A DNA stretch of 62,201 nucleotides, filler included, from Choristocarpus tenellus KU-1152 (taxonomy: Eukaryota; Protista; Phaeophyceae), in assembly GCA_964200185.2 (NCBI GenBank). It is 12 parts of 12 records of this genome, joined end to end, with 100 filler letters (N's around TTAATTAATTAA, not from the genome) between each part and the next. Parts side by side here need not be neighbours in the genome. Positions count along the whole stretch, not along the records: positions 9,456 to 13,807 come from CAXNAD020014968.1; positions 13,908 to 18,446 come from CAXNAD020014101.1; positions 18,547 to 27,914 come from CAXNAD020003739.1; 9 more parts are not named here. One strand, written 5' to 3'. The notes beneath the pieces were generated by a model. The model was not told where the DNA came from. It did no database searches and was given only the letters and a program-made list of their open reading frames with translations. Shown in pieces: positions 12,137 through 24,823 of this stretch. Each line of letters starts with the position of its first letter. Position 1 is the stretch's first letter. The position numbers and the translations under genes were made by a program.

Positions 12137-13796
12137 ATACATTTATCCTAAGACAAAGAATATATAAATGGAGTTACACGAATGTGACCTCTACCAGCGG
12201 TCAGCCAGCAACTTTTTCACTAACGTTTTCACACACTCAAGTTTAATAACACCCAGTCTACCTCCAGGGCAGTAGGATCCTGTGGCGCTCTAGAGCGATA
12301 TTATCCAAGAGAGACACATTATTGAGTTTCAAGGACCGCTATGAATCTGTTGTAGTACAGGTGTATTGACTGTGGAGAGCGCATTCGGCTAGCAATGTGG
12401 CACACGTCATTCCTAATCTCCTCTTCTGTACCCACGCCCTTCTTTGGGTTAGGGTTAGGGTTAGGGTTAACTGCATTTCATGCATGGGAGTGAAAGTATG
12501 TTAGGGTTAGGGTACAAGATTTGCCTGTCCGTTTGGGGCTTGCCTTCCCAAGGGTCTTTTATGACATTTTCCTACTTCCAATTTTTTTTGAGTAGGTAAA
12601 ATGTATACGTTATGAAAAGGTGTGTCTAGAACAAGGTTATTGACACTTCCTAACAAACACGATAGCCAAAATTACATCAAAAGCACAACATTGGATTTAG
12701 GTCCCCAAAAGGACGCTGCTCTACCCTCTAAGATACTTTGGCTCATGGACATGGTGTACATTGCAAGAACTTCCAAAAAAGTATATTAAAAAAAGGAGTC
12801 AAAATAATCCAAACCCCCATCATCAGATGTTTCTACTCTTACTGCTCTGTTGGTAAGGACAGCGACATCTCAACACATTGACAGTTTCAGAGTTACTTGA
12901 CAGTTACAGAGTTACTTGCACCTTCACCAAAGGAAAAAAAAGAAAATACACATCGTTTCACACACATGTATTGTTATTTTAATTATTATTTGGTGTTCTG
13001 TTAACAAAAAAAAGACTGCTTCATCTTTCTCTTTCCACCCGAGCCAGCCCACAAATAATAATAAAAATATTAATATTTAAATATAGTAACAATAATAATA
13101 CGCGCATATGTACACATAAACTTTTTACATTTACAATAGGAGATGAATATATATATATATATGTATGAAGATACTAAAAAAAGCAATGCAAAAAAAGATT
13201 AAAATCACCCCCCCTCCTCCCGGTCCTCCTTCCATCCCCTCCTCTAATGCTTTTCATAGGGTAAACATACCTCCGGAATTCCATATAGTAGCCTCACATC
13301 GTACTGTTGTTCATTCCAACCTGTCTTCCTCTCTCCCTTCGCCTTCCAAGAAGGTCGGTCAAGTGCAGAAGACACAAAACCATTCAACACCTAACAACCA
13401 GCATTATTATTATTATTATTACTATATAGAAAATAAAAGACTCTCAAGGGGAGGGGGCAGCAAAAAAATAAAATTCCAATTCAAACAAAAAGAAACACCC
13501 TAAACACAAAAATTACATGACAACAACCAGAGGAATCAGAAAATATAATAAATCAAACAAATTATTAGAAGATAAAATCCAACACCAAACAATGTTGTTG
13601 GGAGCACCAATACCAACACTTGTTCCTCATTTCCTCTCAAACACATGACAACCCCCATTAACCACAAAGACGACAGACCTCCGGTAGAAGTTCTGGCCAA
13701 GTCTTGGCCACAAGGAGCAGGTCCCTGTTCTGCTTGTCAAAGAGGCAGTCTCTCTTTGCCTTCACACACTTGGCATCCTCGTCATCATAGCCGTGC
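9531..13796 (-). CDS. TRP-like cation channel, internal exons (pre-S1, S1, S2)
   Basis: Phase-compatible exons 13796-13679, 13390-13271, 11451-11336 and 9740-9531 give SPIGILLNTSLPQLFELKVVQMVIALKWSVFGHRYYKCELLRSLLLSSFFIIGFVLL..CRVMCGFFTLYNLIFEEGREL. This matches the TRP pre-S1 KW..FG helix followed by two TM helices. Confidence 0.7.
11633..11783. mobile_element. MITE family D, truncated copy
   Basis: Aligns by eye to the right half of 46394-46648 and ends ttacctctcaatttctttgattc. Confidence 0.7.
12096..12132. repeat. (GT)n microsatellite
   Basis: Direct read. Others: (GT)n at about 57065-57105, (TA)n at about 57356-57388, (TACA)n at about 39760-39803, (TTGAAC)n at about 56496-56522. Confidence 0.9.
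12446..12469 (+). repeat. Interstitial telomere-type repeat (GGGTTA)4
   Basis: gggttagggttagggttagggtta is the longest of many short TTAGGG/CCCTAA tracts in the window. Confidence 0.9.
12488..12744. mobile_element. MITE family A1
   Basis: Ends gagtgaaagta..tactttggctc, TSD ATGG/ATGG. The left TIR is altered by a TTAGGG unit. Confidence 0.9.
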
Positions 13797-13907
13797 CTAA
13801 TTGGGGGNNNNNNNNNNNNNNNNNNNNNNNNNNNNNNNNNNNNNNNNNNNNTTAATTAATTAANNNNNNNNNNNNNNNNNNNNNNNNNNNNNNNNNNNNN
13901 NNNNNNN

Positions 13908-13963
13908 CCCAAAGGGACCCCCCGGTGGAACCCCCCCCCCCCCCCCCCAAGGTACTTTGAGCC
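13908..13963. mobile_element. MITE family C end at contig edge
   Basis: A C-run followed by aaggtactttgagcc matches the right TIR of 55259-55439. Confidence 0.7.
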
Positions 13964-14068
13964 TAAAACACTACTCTGTACTTCAATGGGACAAAGGTAA
14001 ACGAAAATGTTGATAGAAAGAAATGTATCTCTGCCTTCCCTCCACCCCATATCACGTTCCCCTCTTAC

Positions 14069-17000
14069 CCTTGTCTCCTTTTGGATCTTCTCCCCCTCCT
14101 CCTTCTCCTTCCTTAGTGACTCCATGTAAGTTACCTGCCAAGAAAATGAACTGTTTGTTTACAATTTACATGGCACTGTTTGTTTTTTAAAGCACTAGGA
14201 AGCAGCACCAAAACGACTTTAACCATAATGTATTCGAGAGGGTATAGAAGGGAGATGCCATCTGTGTTCTGTATCAAGGAGAAGCAGCATCATCTTGATC
14301 TATCACTAGAATGGACAGATTGCATGTTTTAAAGGGCTAAGATGTTGTACATGCAAGTACTTACTCCTGTAACATCATTCCCTACCCCACCCCCTTCATA
14401 TAGGTTGACATCGGAAAAATTAAATCTCTGAGGTACGAGATACAAATTTACTCAAGTGTTAGAAAAAAAAAAATAGTGATGTGAAGTGTTAGAAACTAAA
14501 AAATAGTGATGTGAAGTGAGTGAAAGTATCTTAGAGGGTACGAGTTTTTCCCTGTTTGTCCATTGGGGGCTTGGCTTCCCACAGGTTTTGTATGACATTT
14601 GCCAACTCCAAAATGTTTTGGAGTAGGTAATATTTATACGTTATGAAAAGGTGTGTCCGGAACAAGGATATTGACATCTCCTAACAAACACGATAGCCAA
14701 AATTACATAAAAATTGCAACATTGTATTTTGACCTCCAAATGGACGCGGCTCTACCCTCTAAGTTACTTTGACTCAGCGCTGAGATTGACAGTCATGTCA
14801 TACAGCCTGCCAAGGGACAATGCCTCTCTGTCCTATTCTGTGATCCCAACCATGAAGGAAATGCTTTGAGTGAAAGTATTTAATAGGGTAGGGTCATATC
14901 CATTCAGGATCATAAATCCAATGTTGCAGTTTTGATGAATTTTGGCTACCGTGTTTGTTAGCAAGTGCCAATATCCTTGCTCCAGACACACCTTTTCATA
15001 ACGTATAAATTTTTCATAGTCCTGTACATTTTCGATAACTATAAAAAACTTGTGCACACAGAAAACCGAAAATGGACATTAAAAACTTGTGGGAAGTCAA
15101 TCTCCGAAGGGACAAACAGGGCAAAACGCCTACCCTTTTAAATGTTTTGGGTCTCTTTAATGTTCAACCCCTTATTTGCAAAATTCTACATGTTTTTACA
15201 TAGTACTCATTACTTCTATCAATTTTTCCATGAAGTGGAAATTCCAGTAGCCTTCTTGCATCCAAGTCAGCAAGAATAAGTTCATAATAGACTTCCCACT
15301 GCATTTTGCAGACCCCATCTATCTGGTCATTTTTTGAAATTGCTGGGCAACTCTTGGTATCATGCATGAATGATGATGGGTCTAGGAACATGTCCTAATG
15401 TCTACCACTGCAGTCATGCCATCCACGCACAGAGACATGCACACATGGATGCACATAACAAGAAATCCCAAAAAGGCACCATGTGAAAGCATACATATTT
15501 CCCTATCCAAGACAATGTTATCACGTCTTAGAGGAATATCACCAAGATCAACCAACAAGTCACTATGCTATCCCGAGGGAGATTTAAGGCCCTCTTGAGC
15601 ATGTAGAACACATTGAACCTTCTGTCTGGCAACCCATTCCCATGCCTGAAATGCAGTTAACCCTTGATAGGAGGCTGCGGCTGCAGGATAGAAGACAGGC
15701 ATTCGTCCAAGTAAGTATAAAATCATTCTACGTGTGGACCAGAAGGGCTGTCACAAGGACCCCCAAAAAATATACTCAACGGCATCCCCCCTTTACAGTA
15801 GGATGCCTCCAGATTACACAAATAGCAACATTCGATCCAATGGAAAGCCTGTGTGTCATCCTGAACCTATAGGATAGCTAATGGAAAGCCTGCATGTCAT
15901 CCTGAACCTATAGGATAGCTAATAGAAAGCCTGCATGTCATCCTGAACCTATAGGATAGCCAATGGAAAGCCTTTGTGTCATATTGAAGCAATAGGATAC
16001 CTCTGCCTCTCAACCTCTGCCTCGTCCTTAATCTTGGCATGGTAAGATACTGTAGGTGCTAACCTTGAAATGCTGATTCTGCTCCTGCTGCATGGCAGCA
16101 ATATCCCTTCCTTTCTGTTTTCGAGTCTTGCAGGCAGCTCTCTCCCGGGCCTCGCCCTCTGCTACCTTTGCATAGAAATAAGTTTGTTTGTTTTTTTCAA
16201 GGGGGATGATGTCGAAACATGCCCCACTCAGGTGAGTTTGCTGCAAAAAAAACAACAACAACAACAAAAATAACTTGCCCTGATAAGAGCTCTACCCGGT
16301 CATATCTATGGAGTAAGGAGAATTGCATGTTTCAGACAGCGCGTATATATGTCTTTGAGTAGTAGTCCATTGACAGGACATTTCAGCATAGGTTAGGATT
16401 TAGGTTGGGCAATAATCTTCCTGCAAGGGAGACCTTACCGACCAACAGCATGGCAGCAGGTCAACCAACACCGTTTGTGTCGCCCCAGGTATCGAAATAC
16501 TTGGAGCCAAAGCAACTAAGAGGGTAGGGTCGCTTGTGTTCGGGGTCATAAATCCAATGTTATAATTTTGATGAACTTTGGCTATCGTGATAGCGATTGT
16601 TTGATAGCAAGTTTCAATGTCCTTGCTCCAAACACATCTTTCAGAGTCATACTCCGAAATATTTCGGAGTAGGTAACTGTGTTCAGACAGAAAACCGAAA
16701 ATGGCCATAAAAAACCCGTGGGAAGCCCAACCCCCAAACGGACAAGCAGGTCAAAATCCCTACTCTCTTAAATGCTTTGGCCCTTGAAAGTTACTCTCTT
16801 TGTACATGTATGTTCCTATCATTCTGCATACAGTACCAACTGTTTGTGTGCTAACAAAGCAACAACATCAACAAATTCCTGAGTCAAGTGCCATAGTATC
16901 TCAGGGGGGGGTTAGCCCAGGTTGTCCATTTGGGGTTTGATGGAGTGTTGTAAGATAATTCGGTTTGATGCCTGTGTTGTGAGTCATTTTCCTTTGGGTT

Positions 17001-17896
17001 TGGTTCAGGCAGGGGAATGGAAATTAAAGGTGCATTGAGACGAAGGAAATTGCCCTTGCATCTGAAACGTTCACTCAGATCACATGAAAATCACTACAGG
17101 TTCACACCAGCCCTGACTGGACGCCTGTCCTACCCTCTAGGACACTATGGGTTTCCATCCATGCAGTGGGCTACCCAACCTTTAGACCAATTGCTCAAAG
17201 TTTCAGCATGCAGATCAATGCGCACATCTAAATGAAAACGGGGGGGGATCAATTGCAGATGCAGGGTATAATTTCTACTGCTTTTTAGTACCAAATTCAG
17301 TCGTAGTTGCCCCTTCACATCAGAAAGAAATTTCAATTAAGATATTGGAGTTGTTAACACCTGGCAGGGATGGAGGTGCCCAGACATCTCTTTGCATCAA
17401 AGTGTGGTGCTTCTCAAGGTTGTACTAATGAGTGAAAGTATCTTAGAGGGTACAAGTTTCGACCTGTTTGTCTGTTTTGGGGCTTGGCTTCCCACAGGTT
17501 TTGTATGATACTTTCCTACTCCAAATGTTTCGGAGTAAATAATATGTATGCGTTTTGGAGTAGGTATCATGTATATGTCCGGAACAAGGATATTGACACA
17601 TCCTAACAAACTCAATAGCTAAAATACAATAGAACCGCAACATTGGATTTTGGCCCACAAACGGACGGGGCTCTGCCCTCTAAGATACTTTGTCTCAATT
17701 GGTTTACAGGGGCGCCTGAAACATGCATTACATCCTCAAATGTGGTTGATGCGATCTGTCTAAAAAAAAAGCAACGATTGATGACAAATACTCTTGTATT
17801 GCTTACCTCCTGGAGTATCTTCTTGTGGTAGACCAGGTTTAGATCCGCCTCTCTTCTTTTTTTATCGATCCTCTCTGCCATCTGTACCTTACGAGT
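14069..17896 (-). CDS. Coiled-coil protein internal exons, TPH-domain/ciliary CFAP-like
   Basis: Three phase-0 exons, 17896-17807, 16165-16064 and 14134-14069: TRKVQMAERIDKKRREADLNLVYHKKILQE|VAEGEARERAACKTRKQKGRDIAAMQQEQNQHFK|VTYMESLRKEKEEGEKIQKETR. The family call rests on resemblance only. Confidence 0.65.
14518..14775. mobile_element. MITE family A1
   Basis: 23-bp TIRs gagtgaaagtatcttagagggta / taccctctaagttactttgactc. No clear TSD; a 30-bp tandem duplication lies immediately to the left. Confidence 0.92.
14868..15153. mobile_element. MITE family A2, reverse orientation
   Basis: gagtgaaagtatttaatagggta..tacccttttaaatgttttgggtc, with interior homologous to A1. Confidence 0.85.
15839..16001. 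repeat. 41-bp minisatellite, 4 copies
   Basis: Unit aatggaaagcctgcatgtcatcctgaacctataggatagct at 15839, 15880, 15921 and 15962. Confidence 0.95.
16504..16783. mobile_element. MITE family A2, reverse orientation
   Basis: gagccaaagcaactaagagggta..tactctcttaaatgctttggccc, 3-bp TSD TTG. Confidence 0.85.
17430..17696. mobile_element. MITE family A1
   Basis: Full TIRs, 3-bp TSD AAT. Confidence 0.92.
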
Positions 17897-18370
17897 CTGT
17901 TGAGAGAGGATAACACGCCACAATACAAGTAAAAACCGTGACCGTTACGTACACACATGAGAGTGGTTGAAGGAATTTGGGGCGGGGATGGGCTTGAGGG
18001 TGACGGCGACGAACATGACTTTCTGAGTATGACGATTGTTGGAGATTGAGGACAAATTTGGCAGCACGAGAGGTGAATGAGTTGTTGCTTTGTCAGACGA
18101 TGAAAGAACTCATCAGTGTGAGGTTAGGGTTTGGTCTTGAGACCAAAATGAGGATGGGAAGCAGGGTTGTCCAGCTAGGTTTGCAATAAGGGAAAGCTTC
18201 AGTAGCACAAATCTGCTTGCTGTGTTGATGTGCCACATCATGATTAGGTTGGAATGTTTGAAGCAACGCACTCCACTCTCACCTAATTCCATGGGGAAAC
18301 CCAAGGTCTACACAACAAGGACAAACCTAAACTGAAAGCCCAACTGCCACGAATCCTACACGAGAAACAT

Positions 18371-18446
18371 GACTCAAGGTATCTGCGGGGGGGGGGGGGG
18401 GGGGGGTTAGTACCAGAAAGGCTCTTTTGGGGTTTTACCAGGAGAA
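18371..18446. mobile_element. MITE family C end at contig edge
   Basis: gactcaaggtatctgc followed by a G-run. Confidence 0.6.
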
Positions 18447-19356
18447 NNNNNNNNNNNNNNNNNNNNNNNNNNNNNNNNNNNNNNNNNNNNTTAATTAATT
18501 AANNNNNNNNNNNNNNNNNNNNNNNNNNNNNNNNNNNNNNNNNNNNGTACAAAATTTCGTATTTTCAGATTTGGCACAAAATCAGGGTAGGTACTGTATT
18601 TATCATCAATTAAATATGTCCTACTACCACCTTCGGCATGGATTCCCATTCAAAAAGGGGCCCTAATAAAGTTTTATGACATTTATAAAAAAAAACATAT
18701 GGGCACTTTCCGCGCACCAATTCGGTCAAACCCATCCTCCATGAAATGATCAATCCGCCATTATCATGATCCGCTGTTCTGTAGCCTGATGACGAGGCTC
18801 GCAAACCCCGCCATAATGGAAATAAATTGTAAATAAATAATGCTGGATTTCTTGGTTTGATCATTCGTTTCATCAATTGATTGAGGTATATAAAAAGGAC
18901 TGAGGCATGGGGATTGAACTGTGTCAAGATGACCAGACAATAACTGGACAGTCAAGCAACCCCAAATACATCATCTAGGACTTCAAGGTTCATACAGGCT
19001 TTTATCAAACCCCTATTAAGACCCATCCCCTGTGATACTGCTACTACTACTACCATTCATGTTCATTCGTAAAATATTCAGTGTTGAGAGATCTGGCAAC
19101 TTGACTTTGTAAAATGTAGGGTACAATACTTGTATTTTTCCTAGAAATATTGAAACGACAAAGAATAACAGACTCAACTGACCTTGTGCATATTGTTAAA
19201 ACGTTTAAGGTTAGGGTTATATATATAGTTTTGTGTTAAGTGTTGATATTAGAAGTACCTACGAGCTATATGTAAAACTTTTACACTCACATATTTGTCA
19301 TCTCCCTAACCCTAACTTCCACACACTTCCTGACGGCATACTTCAAAAAAAACACC

Positions 19357-22300
19357 ATGCCCTCCAAAAAACGAGAGAGCTTGGCTAGCTTGGGTCTGGG
19401 TTTGGTGTTTCTACATCCTGCAGCGTGCCTTCGTCCATATTTTGGGTATAATCGGCATTGCGGGGGATCTTGGAAATTGAAGGATGGGGATCTGGGAAGA
19501 GTACTTTCATGTGCTGCACCAGGTTGCATGTCCTGGAGCGGGATGGTCCAGTCAAGAGACTCGGGTGATTCCAGACACAGGTTAGGATCCGAGGTGATGC
19601 TAGGGGCTGTCGGAGTGATTGGTACATCGGAGAATGACCCTAGAGGCGAACGTTCAAGCCAGAAGACTTTGGCTGGAGCGAGGTACAGATTTGTTGGGAA
19701 GTTGAAGGTAAGATCGTCAACTACATGAGGCTTGAGTACTGTTCAGGGCAAGTACGGTTTGGAAACGTGGGACAGAACGACAGGTAGAGGAAAGTGCGCG
19801 TAGCACTTAGTGAAAAAGTGTTTAGACGGTATTGAAACCACGGGCAAGCTGGACAGTATTGTAATATTGCAATACTAACCAGGAGGAAGCAAGAGATGCT
19901 GTGGTAATCAGGCGACTGTTGTCGAACTGTGTTAACTGGTAGCGAGCGTTTGGATAATGATCGTATTGAAGCTTTAAGACCTTTGGCCTATAGCACCGCC
20001 CCTTGTTTTTGGGGGGAGATCACCTCCTGAATCCGTCAGCACTTCTCTATGTGCGATACGGGATCCCTGTCCCTACATTTCTGACAATGCATGACACCAT
20101 CGATTGGCCTCAATAAAACGTGTTGGTTTCGATGAATGCGTTCACTCCAAGGCTTTTGACGCTGTTGGCATTGGTACCTACCAAGTGTTCCTTTGGTTCG
20201 CGCATCAGCAGCAATAATTGATCAACCTGATGCTGACCATGTAAAATACGACAAGATCACTGCCCCTCTCCCTGCCTCGCGAAAATGTGCTAACACTGGT
20301 ATAACATATCCTTGCTGTCTATCACAGACTCTGGGTCAAAGTGGGAAGTGGCGGGAATGTATGTTGGCTGTGTCTACAGCAAGGGCGAACGGAGTAACCT
20401 TGGACGTGAAGCTGTTCACCGTGGCCATTAGGTACTTACTCGTGCATTCTCTGCACCTCTGGGCGTAAGAAATAATCGGTGCTGACAAAAGTACGTCCTC
20501 GTCACATGTGTGCAGTGTGGTTGCTTGATGCAATCATACCTGTATTTAGGCAGACATTTTTTAGGGCGTGATTTCTTTTAATTTTCATACACCAGTGAGA
20601 GGATATCTTGCTATCAAATTTTTATATTGTGCATATACAACAACCCACGTAGGTCCGGTGTTATCAGAGCATACCGTGATTTCTAATACTCAAAGCATGT
20701 CAACTGGATAGTCGTTCCACCAGTTGCACAGTGCATCTTAAACGAACCAAAAGGTTGTAATGGGGTGTAGGTGTAGGTGTAGTACTGAGAGACCTGAGCT
20801 CTGTGGAAACTCACACTGTTTAAACTACAGGCAGCATTGGAGTGTTAGAACAATGGAGTTGCACTGTATTTTTGCATGGCGCTGATGATCACTCCCCCGT
20901 AGAAATACCGTTTTGCATATGCACAATTCAATGTTTGGCGTCTTATTCATTCTCACGTTTGGTGAAGCATGTATGGTCAACTACCAACCAGCTTGTTGAC
21001 AGACTCCTTTCTAGACTCTCCTGAGTGATGAGAATCAACACAACCTGTGGTGAAGTGATTTTTTCTTTTTGTAGACATGATATTTTGATAATGCTCATCC
21101 ACAGGATCTGCTGGAGGTGACAAGTACGCTGGTTACGCCCACCAGAACATTTGCAGTCTGACCTGCCATACTATCACTCCTGAAAGTCTTTTTAAGAAAT
21201 CAATAATCTTTTGTAGCCTTCCGTATGATCTTTTGTATTCCTCACAATATCATCAATGTGGATGAGACAGTGTGCTTGGAAAATGTGGAAGATGGAGGGA
21301 AGCTCTAGGACTGTTGGAACAGATGAGACAGGATGGGGTAGCCCCGGATGCGTTTGTCTTCTCTGCTACAATTAGTGCTTGTGCCAAAGGGGGTCAGTGG
21401 GAGCATGCGGTGTCCCTGCTGAACAAGGTGATGAAGGTTTTGGGGATCAGTTCCGCCTCCTGGCCCTGGCCCTTTCTGTCTGTCTACGTAGGGAGCTGGA
21501 GGTGTATTTTTGTAGGTGCAATAATGTGCAGTACCTGATAATGATAAGTTCATGTGCCATGTTTCTTGTGTAAGTTTAACAAGAATAGTGGAGCTTGAGC
21601 ACTGTCAGTGTGTCGGTATTTGTAAACATCGTAATGTTTGATCATTCGTTGAACTGTAACACAAGTAGGTGATACTCTGGGTATGGGCTACTACTGTTTT
21701 GATGGGTTAGTCCTGTGATAGTGATGTCAATCAGTGTACAGTGTACGTCAGTGATCAATTCGAGACCATGTGTGATGGCTTGAGGCGAGCATTGGTCATA
21801 TCGAAGGTGCAATCAATGTTGCTTTCGATTTGGATGCTTTCCGGTGGTGCCCTTTGCCCTTAAGATTTGTCGTGATGCTAGTATCAATTATGGAATCTCA
21901 ATGGCGTTTTGCTTTATTCACATCGCCTTCCATTTCAGCAAGTGGAATTTTGTAGAGGTTCAAAGTTGAAGTTTGTTGTACATGTAATGGCAGTCTTGAG
22001 TAAACTGTCGTAATTACCCCCCTTCGTTTAGAAGCCGATGTACATAAATCCCTATGAGAACAGTTTTTACCTTCCAAGAAATAATAAAAGAGAGGAAGAG
22101 ACAAGCCCTGACTGATAGCCATGGTGTCGATCTTGCTGATTAACTAACAATAGGAGATGTTCTTCCATTTTCACTTGGTTTTGTGGTATTTTTTGTTCTA
22201 ATATATGGATTGGGCCTGTGAAAGCACATGGCCAGCCAGTATTGGTGCACTTGTGCTTTGTGGTGGTATGAGTCAGTGTTCCTGCTGACCGGTTCCAATT

Positions 22301-24823
22301 GTTCTACGTATCTACCCCCTCTGCCCCTCCGCCCCTCCCTTGCCCAAGTGTTCCTGTTTTGGTACAAGATTAGTTGATATGTCGACATTCCTGTTTTTTT
22401 ATATCTCTTGGAGGATGTATGGGACAAAAAGGAGGCTGCTCATTGGTGTGATGGCAAGAACTTTTTTCATAAATTCTACAAAAAAATCTACAATGTAACT
22501 AGCGTGTTTAAAAAATGTAACTGTCAAGAAAGAGTGAAGACGATGGGTAGTGCCATCCAAGTATCAATGAGGGTACCACTGTACAACAAGGCCTGGGGTC
22601 TTTGGTCTAGGACTAGACAACCTCCCCTCCAACAGCCCCTACTTTTAACGCTTGTGCCCCTGATCTCCTGTCTGTAGATTTCGTTTTGTCATTATTATGT
22701 ACCTTACATATGTTGTACCTTATTTAATCAGCTAGGACTCTGAACATTGGGTGTGGTGTTGGTGTTGGAACAGTATTTCGATCTGTATTTGCTTTGGTAG
22801 TCACATGGTTGTGCACGATGACACTGAAAAAGAATGTCTAGAACAATATATCAGCGTTTGTTTTAATAGTAGAGCTGATGATGGTAATAATAAAAATATC
22901 GGCACCAAAGTAAGACAAGCTGGTACTCGCGTCAAGAGTGGATAAATAATTTTAAAAATATCAAATATATAGCCTTCTGTCCCATACACGGAATCAAATC
23001 AAATTCCTCGTGGCTTATCGCCCTGCAGATGCGAGCAGAAGGTGTGGCGCCCAATGTGGTGGCGTTCAATGCGGCTGCAGACGCCTGCGCAAAGACTGGA
23101 GAGTGGAAGACAGCACTGAGAGTGGTTCAGCGAATGAAGGTGGATGGAGTGAAACCCAACGTGAAGACCTTCAGCAGCTTGGTTTCCGCTGCTGGGAAGG
23201 CGAGGCAGTGGGAGACGGCTCTTTTCTTGCTTCAGAAGGTGTGTGCTATGCGTGTTTTGGAGCGTGCATTGCGATTATAAGGTGTTGGAAAATACTTATT
23301 TTATTTTGTGTATGTGTTTTCTTTATTTTTTTCAATCTAGTCTCTTCTTACATGTCAAGACCTTTTTTTTCGCAGCCTTTCACATTGGCGTGAAGATAAT
23401 AATAATAATAATAATAATAATAATAGTATTGATATTTTAATTCCTAGAGAGTCCTCACAGAATGCGTGAAACTCCTTTGTTTAGGATTTTTTTATTTGAG
23501 AGAGAGGGAGAGGGTGGGTGGCCTTGAAATTTGAACCTGTTCCCTCTCGAGACCCTTCTGTTTGAGTTAATGTCCGGCTATGTTTGTTGTTTAGCTTGAA
23601 AAAGACTGTTGCTGCTAAAGAAAATAACTTGTTAAGTTGCACTTGCTGAAAACTGACAGCCTACATGTACTTTTGTTAGAGCTTACTCCGTAAAATGGCT
23701 AGGAACCCTACACCAGTTTGGTGTCTTCTAAAGTGACTACTGTCAAATTTTTCATAAATCAATGGCAACATAGGCTATGTATGCATTAAATAGCCTAAAT
23801 GCCTTTTGAATCTCCAAGCAGAATATGGGGCTCTCTCTTGCACCTGCTTCAGACAGAGATCTACACATGTTCGCATGCAAGTGATAAGGTACACATCAAT
23901 GGTAAATTTTATTCTATTTTGTGCTCTCTCTCCTCCCTGCTACCTGCTCCCCCCCCCCTTCAATTTCTGGCATGAACCTCAATTTCCCCTTCCACCATTT
24001 ATTTTTTTCTCTGGCCAATGGAAACGTGAATCCCGCTGCGCACACACTTTGGGGCCCATGCCCCCCAAACAACACATGGACAAAAAAAACAAAACAGATG
24101 CGGGTAGAGGGAGTCGTGCCAAATGTCGTTGCTTTCACAGCGGCTTTGGATGCCTGTGGTCGGGCAGGGAGATGGCAGGAGGCTCTGGGCCTACTTGAAC
24201 AGATGGAAGTTGAGGGAGTACAGCCGAATGTCTCTAGCTTCACGGCCGCCATTGATGCCTGTGGCACTGCAGGAGAATGGCGGAGAGTGAGGGGTCTGTT
24301 TGACCGAATGAAGGAGCAGGGGGTTGAACCCAATGCGATCACGTACAATGCCGCCATCAAAGCTTTAGGAAAGAGTGGGCAATGGCAGATGGCGGTGGGG
24401 CTGCTTGGGGAAATGGCAACGGGGGGTGAGGGGAGTGTGGGAGTTAGGCCAAATGTTAGGACATATACGGCAGTGGTAGAAGCGTGTAGGAAGAGTGGGA
24501 GGTTTGATGTCGCCTTGGCGAAGCTGGACCTCATGCAAATGGAAGGGATCTTGCCGGATCAAATCTGTTTTGAGGGAGCCATTTCGGTGTGTTCGGCGTC
24601 TGGAGATGTGGAGAGGGCGCTCTTGACATTGAAGGAGATGCACGCGGCGGGGTTCACGCCTTCGGAATTGGCTTGTAACAGTGTGGTGGCTGCTTGCGTG
24701 AGGGCCACGGGGAGTCGGGATATGGCGCAGGCGGTGCTGGACGAGATTAGTTTGAATGTGAAGGGGAATGTTGGAGAGAGAAAGCGTGTCGCAGGGCAGA
24801 AATGTGCTGAGGCAGTGTCTTGA
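19357..24823 (+). CDS. Pentatricopeptide repeat (PPR) protein, about 515 aa, probably organelle-targeted
   Basis: Exons 19357-19707, 20328-20431, 21271-21427, 23029-23238 and 24098-24823 are all GT-AG and phase-compatible. Tandem 35-aa repeats such as VVAFTAALDACGRAGRWQEALGLLEQMEVEGVQPN. Hydrophobic N-terminus. Confidence 0.92.
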
